From Eledone cirrhosa (lineage: Eukaryota): DNA of 64,000 nucleotides. Positions 32,002-45,329 of this stretch are shown one piece after another. Positions within the stretch are counted from its first letter, which is position 1. Every line of letters starts with the position of its first letter. The notes beneath the pieces were generated by a model. It was not told the origin of the DNA. It was given only the letters and a program-made list of their open reading frames with translations, and made no database searches. A program made the position numbers and the translations under genes. The stretch spans positions 76,632,001-76,696,000 of the forward strand of contig OZ024742.1 of NCBI GenBank assembly GCA_964016885.1, written 5' to 3'.

Positions 32002-32010
<9 letters not shown>
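31665..32010 (-). mobile_element. Partial inverted copy of the MITE-like element
   Basis: Reverse complement of about 26910-27235. Confidence 0.75.
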
Positions 32011-32052
<42 letters not shown>

Positions 32053-32064
<12 letters not shown>

Positions 32065-32140
32065 TAAATTTGAAGTCGAAAATCAAAGAGAGCTCGATAA
32101 GGATAAATATATTTCAAATATATAAGATCCCTAGAGCAAA
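32053..32140 (-). mobile_element. 3' tail of the 9030/54166 small PLE-derived family
   Basis: Reverse complement of about 9300-9390. Confidence 0.7.
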
Positions 32141-32154
32141 TATATATATACATA

Positions 32155-33826
32155 TTTCGTTTCTAAATTTGTTTAGCAAGATTCTTTATCTGAAAACGTG
32201 TGTTGAAACCTATATTGTTATACTTTGGGAGGGTCATGTTGCCAATAACTAACACACGCACCAGATGCTTTCACCTCAATTTATTATATATTAAATTATA
32301 AATTTAAAAGAATGTATACATTTCCGGTTGGTTGGTTGGTTCCACAACAGGACGGTTGTTCATATATTGTCAAAGTTCTTTCGTCAATACATTCTGTGAG
32401 CTCATCAGTGAGCGGGGATTCTTTTCTTTGTTTTGTGCCTCTCCTTTGTTCTGTCCTATGCCATCTTGTTTTTGTGTATGTTGTGTGCTTAGTTTGCGCA
32501 TGTGTTTACACCCGGGTGTCCGTGTGTGTTTTTATATGTTTATTTATTTGTGTATTTACATGTTACTAGTTGGTTGTTTGTTCTGTGTGTTTTTTTCATT
32601 TTGATGTTCATTTCATGTTTTCTATTTAATTTTGGTTGGTGTTTATTTATGTTTTTTGCCTCTGTGATTTGTCTAAACATTGCGTCTTTTCTGTGTGTAG
32701 ATTTTATTTTTATTTCTATGTTCTCTAATTTGCCCTTATGTTCTATTTTAGCATTTTGGTGGACTACTGATGATTATTTACTATCTTGAAGCTCTCGCCA
32801 GTGTTCATTTAATCGTTCTCCTATACTACGAACTGCTTCACCTATGTACATCATATTCTTATGTTTACATTGCCGCTCAGTACATCTTATGCTATATACT
32901 ATGTTTCTAGTTTTTCAGTTAATGTGGGGGCTTAGTTTACAGATTATGCATTTCTTATCTATACAGAGAGGTCTTTGAAAAGGGTATGTATTATTAGTAA
33001 GTAGTTTTATGGAGGTACTTGGTATTTCCACTGTCTTAATATTTAGATTAAGTTTATCTAGGGCCTTTCTAAATGTGTAAGCTAGTTCAACTCTAGGGGT
33101 TGTATTGATGAACATTACACTCTGTTATTTATTGCTATCATACCATGAGTTTATTCTATTAACCTTATTTCTAGTTCTTTCTATTCTATTCCAAAATGTG
33201 CTCCTATGCAAGAGGCAGATCCCATTTGTATCATTATTTAACATTTTTTCCCATTTGGTTCTAGCTCCTCTATATACTCTGATTTTATCTCGTTGATTTT
33301 AACCAGAGAACTGCATACGGTGGATGAAGTGTTGTATGTGTCTCTATAGTTCTTTTGGGTTGCACATGCGGGACACGTTCCTCATCACACGTACTAAATC
33401 CGCAATTAGTATGTTGATTTTGGTGTGATCCGAAACAGCTGAGTTTCGCTAGTTCAGGTATTTGGAAGTCATGGGTTTGGTCTAATGGGAATGAAGGATT
33501 TGTTTTTAGTTATTAATGGTTTCTAACCAGAGCTCTGCGTCTAGTACAGGTAATCGATGGTGGGGGTGTTTACTTGGGTAGTCTATAGTAACTCTAATGC
33601 TCTGGTGGATGGAGTTTGCTATTTGCTGGATGCTTTCCATTGTGTTTTTCTCTAATTCCTGACTGTTCTCTAGTGCGGGTGTTTTTACTACGATGTTTAT
33701 ATCATCAACGTAGCGGGAGTACATAATAAGGGTTAAGAGGTTGTTATCTTCTAATTGTTCTTTAAGTTGTTTGTCCCCCCATACCATGAATAGGTAAGCT
33801 ATGTCACTTACAATGCTAACACCAAT
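32155..33826 (-). mobile_element. Neptune-like PLE copy 2 (5'-truncated, decayed) with HHR at 32369-32412
   Basis: [36 protein letters not shown]; HHR tca-CTGATGA-gctcac...tgac-GAAA-gaac-tt-tga. Confidence 0.85.
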
Positions 33827-33832
33827 GTATAT

Positions 33833-35443
<1,611 letters not shown>

Positions 35444-35453
35444 CCTGAACCCC

Positions 35454-37415
35454 TTGCTCGCACCCTTCGAGAATGACCTCTTCCAACTGGTCAAGAACAT
35501 TAAATTTAAACCCAGACACAACCGATTCCTACAAAAACTCCGTAGCAACTTAACAGAGTATGATAACACAAATGACATCATGGTGCATTCGGATAAAACT
35601 GGGAACCTATACTTTGTCAACCCTGACAGATACCACACACTGATCAGGGGCAGCCTAAACTCCACCTATAAAAAGGCCAACCACTCTTGCATCGAGGACA
35701 TAAATCGAGATGGACAACAAATCACCTCCAGCCACGGGGTCGCCGACCGCACGGAACCTCTAGACCCACGGACACCATACTTCACACTGAAGGACCATAA
35801 ATCCGATTTTGACCGTAAACCCTCTATCAGGCTTATTAACCCAACGAAGTCCGACATAGGGAGAATCAGCTAAAAAATCCTAGACCGCGTGATACCAAAA
35901 GTCAAGCAACACACCCGACTTAGCCTATGGATCAACACCCAGGAAGTAATCTCCTGGTTCAGCAATATGGAGGATAAACGAGAAACTAAATTCATACAGT
36001 TCGACATAGAGAGCTACTATGCTTCAATCACCTTACCGCTACTTACTGCCGCCTTGGACTTCGCCGAAACACTCGTGCCCATCACCGACCAGGAAAGAAA
36101 AATCATCCTCCACGCCAGGAAGACAGTCTTACTCTTTGACGACTCTAAATGGATAAAAAGAGCTCCCGACTCACCCTTCGACGTCAGCATGGGCGCCACG
36201 GATTCGGCGGAGGTCACTGATCGTATAGGATTATTCCTCATAGCCAAACTTACTGATATGTTTCCTGCATTCGGTGGTGGATTGTACCGTGATGATGGGC
36301 TCCTTACCCTTAAAGGGTACAACCCCAGTAGTACAGATCGGGTCGGGAAACAATTAATCAGATTCTTCCGCTACTGGGGATTTAAAATAACCCTACAAAC
36401 GTCCCTGACCCGAGTAAACTTCCTGGACGTGACCGTCGACCTCGAAAACGACCTGTACTGCCCATACAGGAAACCTAATGACAATCTGCACTACATCCAC
36501 CGCCGATCAAACCATCCTAGGAACATCACAAACAACCTGGTCAAAAACATCTCCCTCCGCATATCCCGTTTGTCAGCTAATGAGCGGATATTCGATGAAC
36601 ATGCGCCTTATTACAACCAGGCCCTCAAGCGGAGTGGTTTCCGGGAGGAAATATCCTACTGTCCAGCTCCCATTAGCGGAACCAACAGGAGACACCGCCG
36701 CTCACGCAATGTAACATGGTTCAATCCTCCCCACAACGCAGAGGTGACTACTCCCATCGGGAAACTATTCTTTAGGCTCATTGAAAAACACTTCCCATTA
36801 CAACACCGCTACCACAACATAATTAACAAAAATACCATCAAACTCTCTTACAGCACTACACCAAACTTCGCACAAAACATCGTCTCCTCTAACAACAAAA
36901 AACTCAACCCCGATGGCAGAAATAACCTAAATAGCAGTGGAGAACCGACCAGGAGGTGTAACTGCCCGGATAGATCTATTTGCCCACTCGACAATAGATG
37001 CAGAGACCGTAATGTGATCTACCAGTGCAACGTGAGGACGGATACCTCCAACAAAGCCTATATAGGACTTACCGCATGTGACTTCAAGACCCGGCTATAC
37101 CAACATAGTCATACCTTCCGAAACCCGGCCCGGCGTCACGCCACTACACTTTCGGGCCACATATGGGACCTCAAGGACAACAACATCACCTATGATCTCA
37201 CTTGGAGATTACTGTCCAGAGCCAATTCTTACACGGGAGGACGCCGTCCGTGCAATTTATGCTCGGAGGAAACTTTACAAATGTTGTTTTCGACGGACCA
37301 ACTCCTAAACAAGAAAGATGAACTGGTTACTGCATGTAAACATAGATTGCGTAGGACTTACCTCGCCCTCAAACCCCATAATGACCCGGGGGGGGGGGGT
37401 AGACTAGGGCTATAA
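35454..37415 (+). pseudogene. PLE RT + GIY-YIG ORF with one in-frame TAA (35871-35873) and missing N-terminus
   Basis: SDKTGN, RLINPTKSDIG, QFDIESYY, MGATDSAE, GLYRDDGL, NFLDV, SNHP, CNC-x5-C, VIYQC..AYIGLT..FKTR, CNLC..E, CKH; ORFs 35454-35873 and 35889-37415 share one frame. Confidence 0.9.
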
Positions 37416-38510
37416 CACCCCACTTGCCGATTTTGCAATGGGTAACCCCTGCTTGCCAAGGAAGACGTAAGATCTTCTTTGTATTCTTTTATCGCTTCCT
37501 TTATTTCCTTCCCCCCTCTCTCCTTTGTCCTTCTACCCCAGCTCTTCTCCTTTGTCGGCGTCTTTTCTCGCCCACCCGAGGCTGCCCTTTGGCCCCATGT
37601 AGCCTTAGTACCCCCACCACCCCCTCCCCTAGTCTATGATAGATTTGGCGGACTCCGCCCTTTATAGCAGTTGGCTTAGACCCCGGATACTTGCCCCCTT
37701 TTTCCGACCGCTCCCACTATTCTCTGTGCCCTCTATATTTCTTAGTGACACTTATGCCTTATTTTTTCGTTTCAGTATTTCTTGCTTCGCTTTTCTTCTG
37801 GGCGGGGTGGATTCTGAATTTATTTCTCCGTATTCTACCTTTATTTCGTACGAACTTTCATGTAGCTTGTTTTAGATCTTTTAGAGTTAGCATTAGTATA
37901 TATTTTTCTCGGGACTCAGAATTATTATGTCGTACAAGTTCACTTTGCTGCACTGGGTCGTTGCTGGCCCGGGATGGAAACCTTTATTGTTTATTTCGTG
38001 GTAGTCTCTTTAGTATTTTGGCCCCTTTTGTTGACCAGTCACCGTATCATTTACGTACTTATACCTCTTAAAAGTGTCCTTGCCTAATTCGTCCCACCTA
38101 GTCCTTTTACTTATTTCCTTATTTATTTATTTATTTATTTATTTACTTCTTTCTTTCTTTCTTTATTTTATTCTCGCCTAACAATAGCCTGACACCTAGG
38201 TCGTAGAATTTAATTTACTTTACTTTTTTCTTTACACTTATTTGCTTTTCTTCACTATCAGTATTTTTTCTTTCCTATATATTTCTACCCCCCATTGTTC
38301 TACCTACCGTTCCGACTCCCCCTCCCCCTCCCCTGTATCTTCTTTGACCTCATGCCCAGCTGTAGCTGGCACTACCAACGCTTGATTGGGTCTACTCCAC
38401 CCCCTCCCCTCTTTCTCCTACTGGCAGGTTTAGCCACCATCTCCCCTACTAATTTGCAACCACAGAATTACTACTGATTTTTGACAATCACTTTGACAAT
38501 ATATGGAATT

Positions 38511-38604
38511 ACCCCTTGAGAAGATCGGCTATTGAAATACCAGGATAAATTTTCATTTAGTCCAGAATTAGCCGTCGAAACGGCTTGAGCTCAGCTGTCG
38601 GGGT
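38511..38604 (+). ncRNA. Hammerhead ribozyme with U3-A8 variant core and extended stem II
   Basis: acccc-TTGAGAA-gatcggcta...tagccgtc-GAAA-cggc-ttgagctca-gct-GTC-ggggt. Confidence 0.7.
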
Positions 38605-38614
38605 CTTACTGGTT

Positions 38615-38676
<62 letters not shown>

Positions 38677-38707
38677 AAATTAAGATAAATCAAAATGAAT
38701 TTAATCT

Positions 38708-39055
38708 AAATCAAATTGGATAGGTCCGAGCATTTTATAACAACTACAAATTGATTAACATCTAAATAAACAAGAATAATCACAGGAGATAAATTATCTC
38801 CTGTAATTATTCATGTTTATTCATATGTTAGTCAATTTCTAGTTGTTATAAAATGCTCGGACTTATCTATTTTGATTTATATATATATTCCTGAAGATTT
38901 ACATTTATATTTATATTTATATTCCTGAAGATTTCATCTGAATGAAACAGTACTAGTCCTGTAGAAGCTCCTTCTATAAAATAAAAAAAATTTACTCTGC
39001 CATGTATTGAGTACCTTACTTACTGTGGTTATCCCCGACTCAACCCGGGACCTAC

Positions 39056-39057
<2 letters not shown>
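38708..39057 (+). mobile_element. Small fold-back PLE remnant: about 170-bp palindrome, then HHR (38922-38966) and tail
   Basis: 38708-38880 self-complementary about ggagataaattatctcc; ttc-CTGAAGA-tttcatctgaat-GAAA-cag...ctg-TA-gaa; in (TA)n. Confidence 0.7.
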
Positions 39058-39138
<81 letters not shown>

Positions 39139-39145
<7 letters not shown>

Positions 39146-39275
39146 ATATACATTGGTGTTAGCATTGCTTAAAGAACAATTAGAAGACAATAACCTCTTA
39201 ACCCTGATGATGTACTCCCACTACGTTGATGATATAAACATCGTAGTAGAAACGCCCCCATTAGAGAACAATTCA
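39139..39275 (+). mobile_element. Neptune-like PLE fragment, inverted mate of about 33665-33839
   Basis: catgtatatatacattggtgttagcattg...YVDDINIVV; same 5' junction as copy 2, small internal deletion. Confidence 0.8.
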
Positions 39276-39285
39276 CCATACCGAA

Positions 39286-39722
39286 AACATTTAGCAGTTA
39301 CTTTTACCTGCTTTGCTTTTTCCGTGTTTTTCATTCCAGCCGTAAATGGACCTTCTGAAATTTGTAGTCCATTACTGTATCTTTCTGCATCTTTTGTAAT
39401 GGGGTATGACGTTTTGATGCTTTCGTGTTTCAAAACGAGTTTGATCATCCAATCATGTGATTCCCTTCGATATGTAGATAATCAAATTGTTGCAGTTTTC
39501 AACGCAATCTCTAACTGGATTAACCCACGTCGTCCTCCTTTCCCAGGGAGATATATTCTATCTGTATCGGCCTTAGGTGATACACTCTGTGCATGGTTAA
39601 GAATTTTCTAATATTTGTATCGAGCCTACGGATCTCTGTGCTTGACCAGTGTATGACAGTGTAACTGAAGGTTACTACTGGTATGGCAAGCGTGTTTATG
39701 GCATCGATCCTATTCCTTGCAT
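39286..39722 (-). mobile_element. Diverged internal fragment of the Dong-like family A
   Basis: Matches about 40680-41112; 3' end lost at fusion with the PLE fragment. Confidence 0.85.
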
Positions 39723-39743
39723 TATTATTATTATTATTATTAT

Positions 39744-42700
39744 TTGCATTTATCTTGCTTTATGTTTATACGAGTTATCACCAAGTCACAACCAGTGACC
39801 TCAAGAGACAACAAGGTCCGCCATGTTCAAGAAAGAACACACATATTCACACATGCATCCTTAGTGTTTAGACTTGTGATGTACTTATATTGACAGGATC
39901 TTCCTTAGTATATGGGCAGTTCCCATTAGTACTATCTTTTGTATTTCTCCTATACGCGGGTTTCCTGGGATTTGCGATAAGTAGTCGTTAGACCCCTTAG
40001 GTATCATTCCCAGAGCGCCTACAACCACTGGTATTGTTTTAGTTCTCAATTTCCACATTTTTCCAATTTCTATCTCCAGGTCCTTATACTTGCTCAATTT
40101 TTCAAATGTTTTTATACATACATTCTTGTCTATTGGAACAGACATATCAATTAGCAGGCATACCCTCCTTTGAAAGTCCTTCAATATTATATCAGGTTTA
40201 TTTGCATCTATTTTTCGGTCTGTTTGGATGCTAAAGTTCCACAAGATTGAGATGTGATCTTTTTCAAGTATGGGAGGTGGTTGATGCTCCCACCAATTCT
40301 TTTGATGGGGCAGGTCAAAATGCTTGCACATTATCCAATGTATGTATTGTGCAGCTCTGTCATGCCTGTTTAGGTATTCGGTTGGAGCTATAGGACTGCA
40401 CATTGAAATTATATGGTCAATGGTCTCTGGTTGTTTTTTACATACACGGCATAATGGGCTGCACCCATTTTTTATTATGTTGGCTTGGTAATTTTTTGTT
40501 GGCAGACACTGATCTTGCGCGGATATAATCAGTCCTTCAGTCTCCGATTTCAGTCCAGAGGATGCCAACCACTGATGGGTTAAAGTTTTGTCAACATCAG
40601 GATTGTTAGCTCGCTCTGGGTATTTTCCATACAGAGGCTTTTCTTGCCATTTCTTAGCCAGTTTCTGTAGCAGTTCTTTCTTTGCAGTTACTTTTACCTG
40701 CTTTGCTTTTTCTGTGTTTTCCATTTCAGCAGTAAATGGGACTTCTGAAATTTGTAGTCCATTACTGTATCTTTGTGCATCTTTTGTAATGGAATATGAT
40801 CTTTTGGTGCTTTCGTGTTTCAAAACGAGTTTGATCATCCAATCATGTGATTCCCTTAGATATGTGGATAATCCAATTGTTGCAGTTTTCAACGCAATGT
40901 CTAACTGGATTAACCCATGTCCTCCTTCTTTCCTAGGGAGATATATTCTATCTATGTCTGCCTTAGGGTGATGCATTCTGTGCATGGTTAAGAATTTTCG
41001 GATTTTTGTATCGAGCCTACGGATCTCTGTGCTTGACCAGTTGATGACATTGTAACTGTAGGTTACTACTGGTATGGCAAGCGTGTTTATGGCATCGATC
41101 CTATTCCTTGCATTCAATTCCGTTCTTAAGATTGCTCTGACTCTGCGGTAACATTCCTTCCTTATCCTTTCCCTCATTGTCGAGTGCTTGATTCCGTCTC
41201 CTTCACAAACACCTAGATATTTGTAAGTTTGTTCTTGATCAAGCTCTCTTATCACGTTCCCCCGATCAAGATTAATGTCTGAACTCTTCAGCAGCTTTCC
41301 TCTGGTGAACGTTGCTTTGGCGCATTTATCCAGTCCAAACTCCATTTTAATGTCATCACTGAACTGCTTCACAGTGGATAATAGCCCTTGCAATTGTTCA
41401 TCATTTTTTGCAAATAGTTTCAGGTCATCCATGTAGAACAGGTGATTAATGGTTTTGTCATAGACTCTATATCCATGTTTTGTTTCATTGAGCATTTTAC
41501 TTAATGGTATAAGTGCGATGCAGAATAAAAGCGGTGATAAAGAGTCACCCTGAAAAATTCCACAATTAATGTTAACTTCTCCAGCTTCCCGTGATTTTGT
41601 TTCACTATTCAAAAGGAGTGTCGTTCTCCATGCCCTCATACTGAATGACAAAAACCTCCTGATAACGGGGGATATTTTGAAAATCTCTAAACATTTTTCA
41701 ATCCAACTGTGTGGCAAACTATCAAATGCTTTTTTATAATCTATCCAAGCAATCGATAGATTTTTGTGTCTATTATGACAATCTTCCAGTATCATTTTGT
41801 TAACCAGAAGCTGATCCTTACAGCCATATGAGCCTCGTTTACACCCTTTCTGCTCAATGGGAAATAGATCATTTGTTATCAGGTGGTCATATGTGTATTC
41901 AGTTAGGACTGATGTTAAAATTTTATACATTGTGGTCAAGCAGGTTATCGGTCTGTAATTTTTGGGATTGTTTGTCTCATCATTCTTCGGTAGCAGGAAT
42001 GTAATGCCGTTAACTAGCCATGATGGTATCTTTTCTGGCTCCTTAACTATTTCATTGTAAAGTTGGGCTAACAGCTCATGAGACTCTGTGAAGGCATTTA
42101 TCCAAAAGTTTTGTATTTTGTCTTTTCCTGGGGATTTCCATTTGCTGGTTTTTCTTAGAGCCAAGCGCAGCTGTTCAACTGTTATATTTTCCCATGTTTG
42201 TTCTTCAAGGTGAGCTGTTTCTTTCATTTGTCTGTCTATCCATGGGGCATGTATGTTATGAACTTTTTCTTCGGCCCAGATCTTTTCCCAGAATTCTTGC
42301 ACTTCCTCCTTGGGTGGTATTGATTTAGCAGTTATTGTTGACTTACCAATTTTTCTGTAGAAGTTTCTTTGGTTGTTTTTGAACATATTATTGTCCTTAT
42401 AGAATCTAGATCGTTTTTCAAAGCGCCTTATACGAGCAGCTTTGGCCGACACTTTTTGCTTGATTGTTTCTATCAGCATGTCTATGTCACATGTTGATCT
42501 TATACTGTACTTTTTTTTCAATTTTCTAAGTTTAGTTTGTTTAACATGTTCACCTACTTTATAGTTTGTTAAAATTTCTATGTCAGATCGGAGAAGGTTT
42601 ATTTGGCGATTGATGTTATCTTGCCAAGTAGATTTCTTGTGGGAATTCCTTTGTTTTTTCATCTTCACTCCACATAAGTGAGTGGTGACTTTAGCCGATG

Positions 42701-43700
42701 CATAATAGAGATGATTTAAGTCAGTAATGCTTAGTTTGTTTGTGATGATAATGTTTTTGAGAATTATGTTAGTCTTGTGTATTATCTTTTGGTTCTGTTT
42801 GGAGTTCTGGATCTTAGGGAGGGTGTCTCGTTTCCCCATGTCAGATTCTTTCATTTTCATCCATTCGATCATAATTTCATCCTTCAAGTTGGCAAGTTCA
42901 TTCTCATTCATTTCTTTATCATTTACGATCTCATTATTTTCATTTGGAGTTTCATCCTGAGCATGCACTCCCTCCACTTTTTCGCTCCTTTCTTTAATTT
43001 GTTCTGTTGCCAGTGATTCCGCCCCAACTCTGGGATTCGAAGTGTTACAGTTTACCTCGTTTTCACTGACACATGCTTCATTTTCCCTTCGCTCACTTTG
43101 TGCTACTAGCTTGATCTGATCAATTTCTATATCAGTTAGTAACTTTTTTCTTACAATATTTCTTCGTATATTGGCTAGTTTGTTACTGTCAATATAGCCT
43201 CTGTTTTCGGGATGTTTCTTTTTCCAGTTGATATATGTTTGCTCTGTATTCGATGTATTTGATGGGTAGTACATGGCAGTGTAGAAAGCCTCAAGGACTT
43301 CCTTATTATCTTCCCTTGACCGTTTTTCTCTCTTTTTCTTTGGATTTCTTGGTGGTGAGCATGGAGGGCCAACAGTAGGAGTATTCCGGTTATGGGAGGT
43401 CTCCAGCTCCGAAGTGATGGGAAGGTTTGAACCATTAGCTGATTTTTCGACCCCAGTCTGGTTCCTCTCTGAGGGACGCGGCCCTTTTTTACCCGGGTGA
43501 CGGCCGATCCGGTATGAGATTTCATCATTAGACATCTACTTTATTTTGTCGCGTTTTATCCTTATCCGCCAAGGGGTAATCTTTTCGTGTTACCACTTCT
43601 AGAACGAGTGTCAACCAAGACTAGAGGGGTCGTTCTCCCCTAGAGACATGGCTATTCCCCGCCGGCCGCCATCCCGGTATTTCTTGGTCACGGGGTTTTC
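39744..43700 (-). mobile_element. Full-length R4/Dong-like non-LTR retrotransposon (family A), 3' end in (TAA)n
   Basis: Single intact ORF, 140-bp 3' UTR, GC-rich structured 5' UTR. Confidence 0.9.
39885..43535 (-). CDS. 1216-aa RT + CCHC + restriction-like endonuclease (R4/Dong clade)
   Basis: SPGKD, YRPITCL, EQKG, DYKKAFDS, GIFQGDSLSP, YMDD, YKYLG, CRVC-x4-ETIDHIISMC, RHD, PDI..LIDMSVP..EKLSKY; no stops. Confidence 0.95.
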   Translation of the reverse strand: MSNDEISYRIGRHPGKKGPRPSERNQTGVEKSANGSNLPITSELETSHNRNTPTVGPPCSPPRNPKKKREKRSREDNKEVLEAFYTAMYYPSNTSNTEQTYINWKKKHPENRGYIDSNKLANIRRNIVRKKLLTDIEIDQIKLVAQSERRENEACVSENEVNCNTSNPRVGAESLATEQIKERSEKVEGVHAQDETPNENNEIVNDKEMNENELANLKDEIMIEWMKMKESDMGKRDTLPKIQNSKQNQKIIHKTNIILKNIIITNKLSITDLNHLYYASAKVTTHLCGVKMKKQRNSHKKSTWQDNINRQINLLRSDIEILTNYKVGEHVKQTKLRKLKKKYSIRSTCDIDMLIETIKQKVSAKAARIRRFEKRSRFYKDNNMFKNNQRNFYRKIGKSTITAKSIPPKEEVQEFWEKIWAEEKVHNIHAPWIDRQMKETAHLEEQTWENITVEQLRLALRKTSKWKSPGKDKIQNFWINAFTESHELLAQLYNEIVKEPEKIPSWLVNGITFLLPKNDETNNPKNYRPITCLTTMYKILTSVLTEYTYDHLITNDLFPIEQKGCKRGSYGCKDQLLVNKMILEDCHNRHKNLSIAWIDYKKAFDSLPHSWIEKCLEIFKISPVIRRFLSFSMRAWRTTLLLNSETKSREAGEVNINCGIFQGDSLSPLLFCIALIPLSKMLNETKHGYRVYDKTINHLFYMDDLKLFAKNDEQLQGLLSTVKQFSDDIKMEFGLDKCAKATFTRGKLLKSSDINLDRGNVIRELDQEQTYKYLGVCEGDGIKHSTMRERIRKECYRRVRAILRTELNARNRIDAINTLAIPVVTYSYNVINWSSTEIRRLDTKIRKFLTMHRMHHPKADIDRIYLPRKEGGHGLIQLDIALKTATIGLSTYLRESHDWMIKLVLKHESTKRSYSITKDAQRYSNGLQISEVPFTAEMENTEKAKQVKVTAKKELLQKLAKKWQEKPLYGKYPERANNPDVDKTLTHQWLASSGLKSETEGLIISAQDQCLPTKNYQANIIKNGCSPLCRVCKKQPETIDHIISMCSPIAPTEYLNRHDRAAQYIHWIMCKHFDLPHQKNWWEHQPPPILEKDHISILWNFSIQTDRKIDANKPDIILKDFQRRVCLLIDMSVPIDKNVCIKTFEKLSKYKDLEIEIGKMWKLRTKTIPVVVGALGMIPKGSNDYLSQIPGNPRIGEIQKIVLMGTAHILRKILSI

Positions 43701-44495
43701 TTTTTGTTGTTTTTTTTTAAATTGTTATTATCATGAGTGGTTCCTTAATGTGAGCATTGCGTGGCTTAAGAATGAAATTATTAATAACTGTCTCCACTCC
43801 AGGCCAGCACTCACCCAGTGCATTACAATAATATAATATACTTTTTGTTGTAGTTGGCTGTTATTGCTGCTGGCTATGTCGGTGGTGGTGCCGGGGCTTT
43901 TTATATTGTTGGTGAGGAAGGGGTGAGCCAGCAGTCCCATAATTGTTGATGTAGACGTTTGTCCGTGGCAAGGTCACCAAGTCAATCTATTTATATCTTT
44001 TGCTAGCCTCTCTCTTGTCTAGTGCTACCACCACCTTCCCTTTTCTCTCTCAAGTTAACAGGGGAATAGTGTCAGTAGCATTGAATGAGTGGTGGCGGCG
44101 ATGATGGATGTGGTGGGGTATGGCAGCGGTGGTGTTGTGGTTACTGATATAGTATCTATGAGTTTGTGTTCGTATGTTTAATATATATTTTCATTATATT
44201 TTGTGTTGACATATTCCCGTAAAATTTGAATTAAACATTTTTTTAAATTTGAGACATTTTTTTTAATTTGAGACAATAATAATAGTAATTATTATTATTA
44301 TGCCGGTGAAGTTGCCGTTATATTTAGTGTGATGGGATAGGTAGTGTATCAAGTTTCTGGTGTTGGTGAAATTGAAATTGCCGCTGTTCTATATAGTGTA
44401 GACAGAGGGTGTTTTGTTCCATTTATAACCATTTTCTTTTTTTGAATACAAAATATATAATACAAAATTGAATATTATTATTATTATTATTATTA

Positions 44496-44527
<32 letters not shown>

Positions 44528-44533
44528 GTTGTT

Positions 44534-45303
44534 CTTTGAGTCTCAGTCATTGATGTTAGTTAACTGGAAAGTTTGTTGAAATGAATATCAAGCCACTACC
44601 TGCAGCCTCAGATATCCAGGATGTATCGGAGGGTTCTTGCTGTTCCCAGCAAGTATGCCTTTTGAAGCGTTCTAAAAAGCGTGAAGGGGCCAATTTTTTT
44701 AACCATCCATGGAAGCTTTTTGAGATAGTAACTAGTGAGCCTATGACAATCGGGACCACTTTGACTTCATGCAGTTCCAAATCCTTTTTACCTCCCACTT
44801 AAGTCCTGGTATCGGTTAATTTTCTCCCTCTCCTTCTCTTGCACTCTCGTGTCGAACGGGCAGGCCACATCCACAATCAGGCGCGATCTTTTTTCCTTGT
44901 CCCAAACCACCAGGTCAGGTCTATTGTGTTCCAGTTTCTTGTCCGTCTGTATCCTAAAATCCCACAACACCTTCACCTGATCGTTTTCTATCACCGACTC
45001 TGGCTTATGCACATACGACTTCTCAGAATGTGGTAAATTGTATACTTTGCATAGGTGCCAGTAGATCACCCTGCCCATCACATTATGTCTCCAGCCCTTA
45101 TAGTGAGTCTGGGATAAGTGTTTACACTCGGATACAATGTGATCCCCAGTCTCCTCTCTCTCCCCACAGATCCTGCACAGTGGGCTAGCCTCCTCCTTGT
45201 AAATATGGTGTTTCAACCACTTCGTTTTGGGGGCCTGCTCTTCCGCAGCCATTAACATTCCTTCTGTAGCCTTTTTCAGGTCTCCTCTTTTCAACCAGTT
45301 CCA
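44534..45303 (-). mobile_element. 5'-truncated R4/Dong-like family B fragment
   Basis: CRIC-x4-ETGDHIVSEC, WDFRIQTD, RPDLVV, VDVACP, EKINRY; bounded by (TAA)n. Confidence 0.85.
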
Positions 45304-45329
45304 TTTATTATTATTATTATTATTATTAT

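Larger units (their letters stand above)
35444..38617 (+). mobile_element. Hydra-clade-like PLE, near full length, 1.2-kb 3' UTR ending in HHR and (TA)n
   Basis: RT-GIY-YIG ORF plus HHR; inverted partial copy upstream. Confidence 0.9.
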
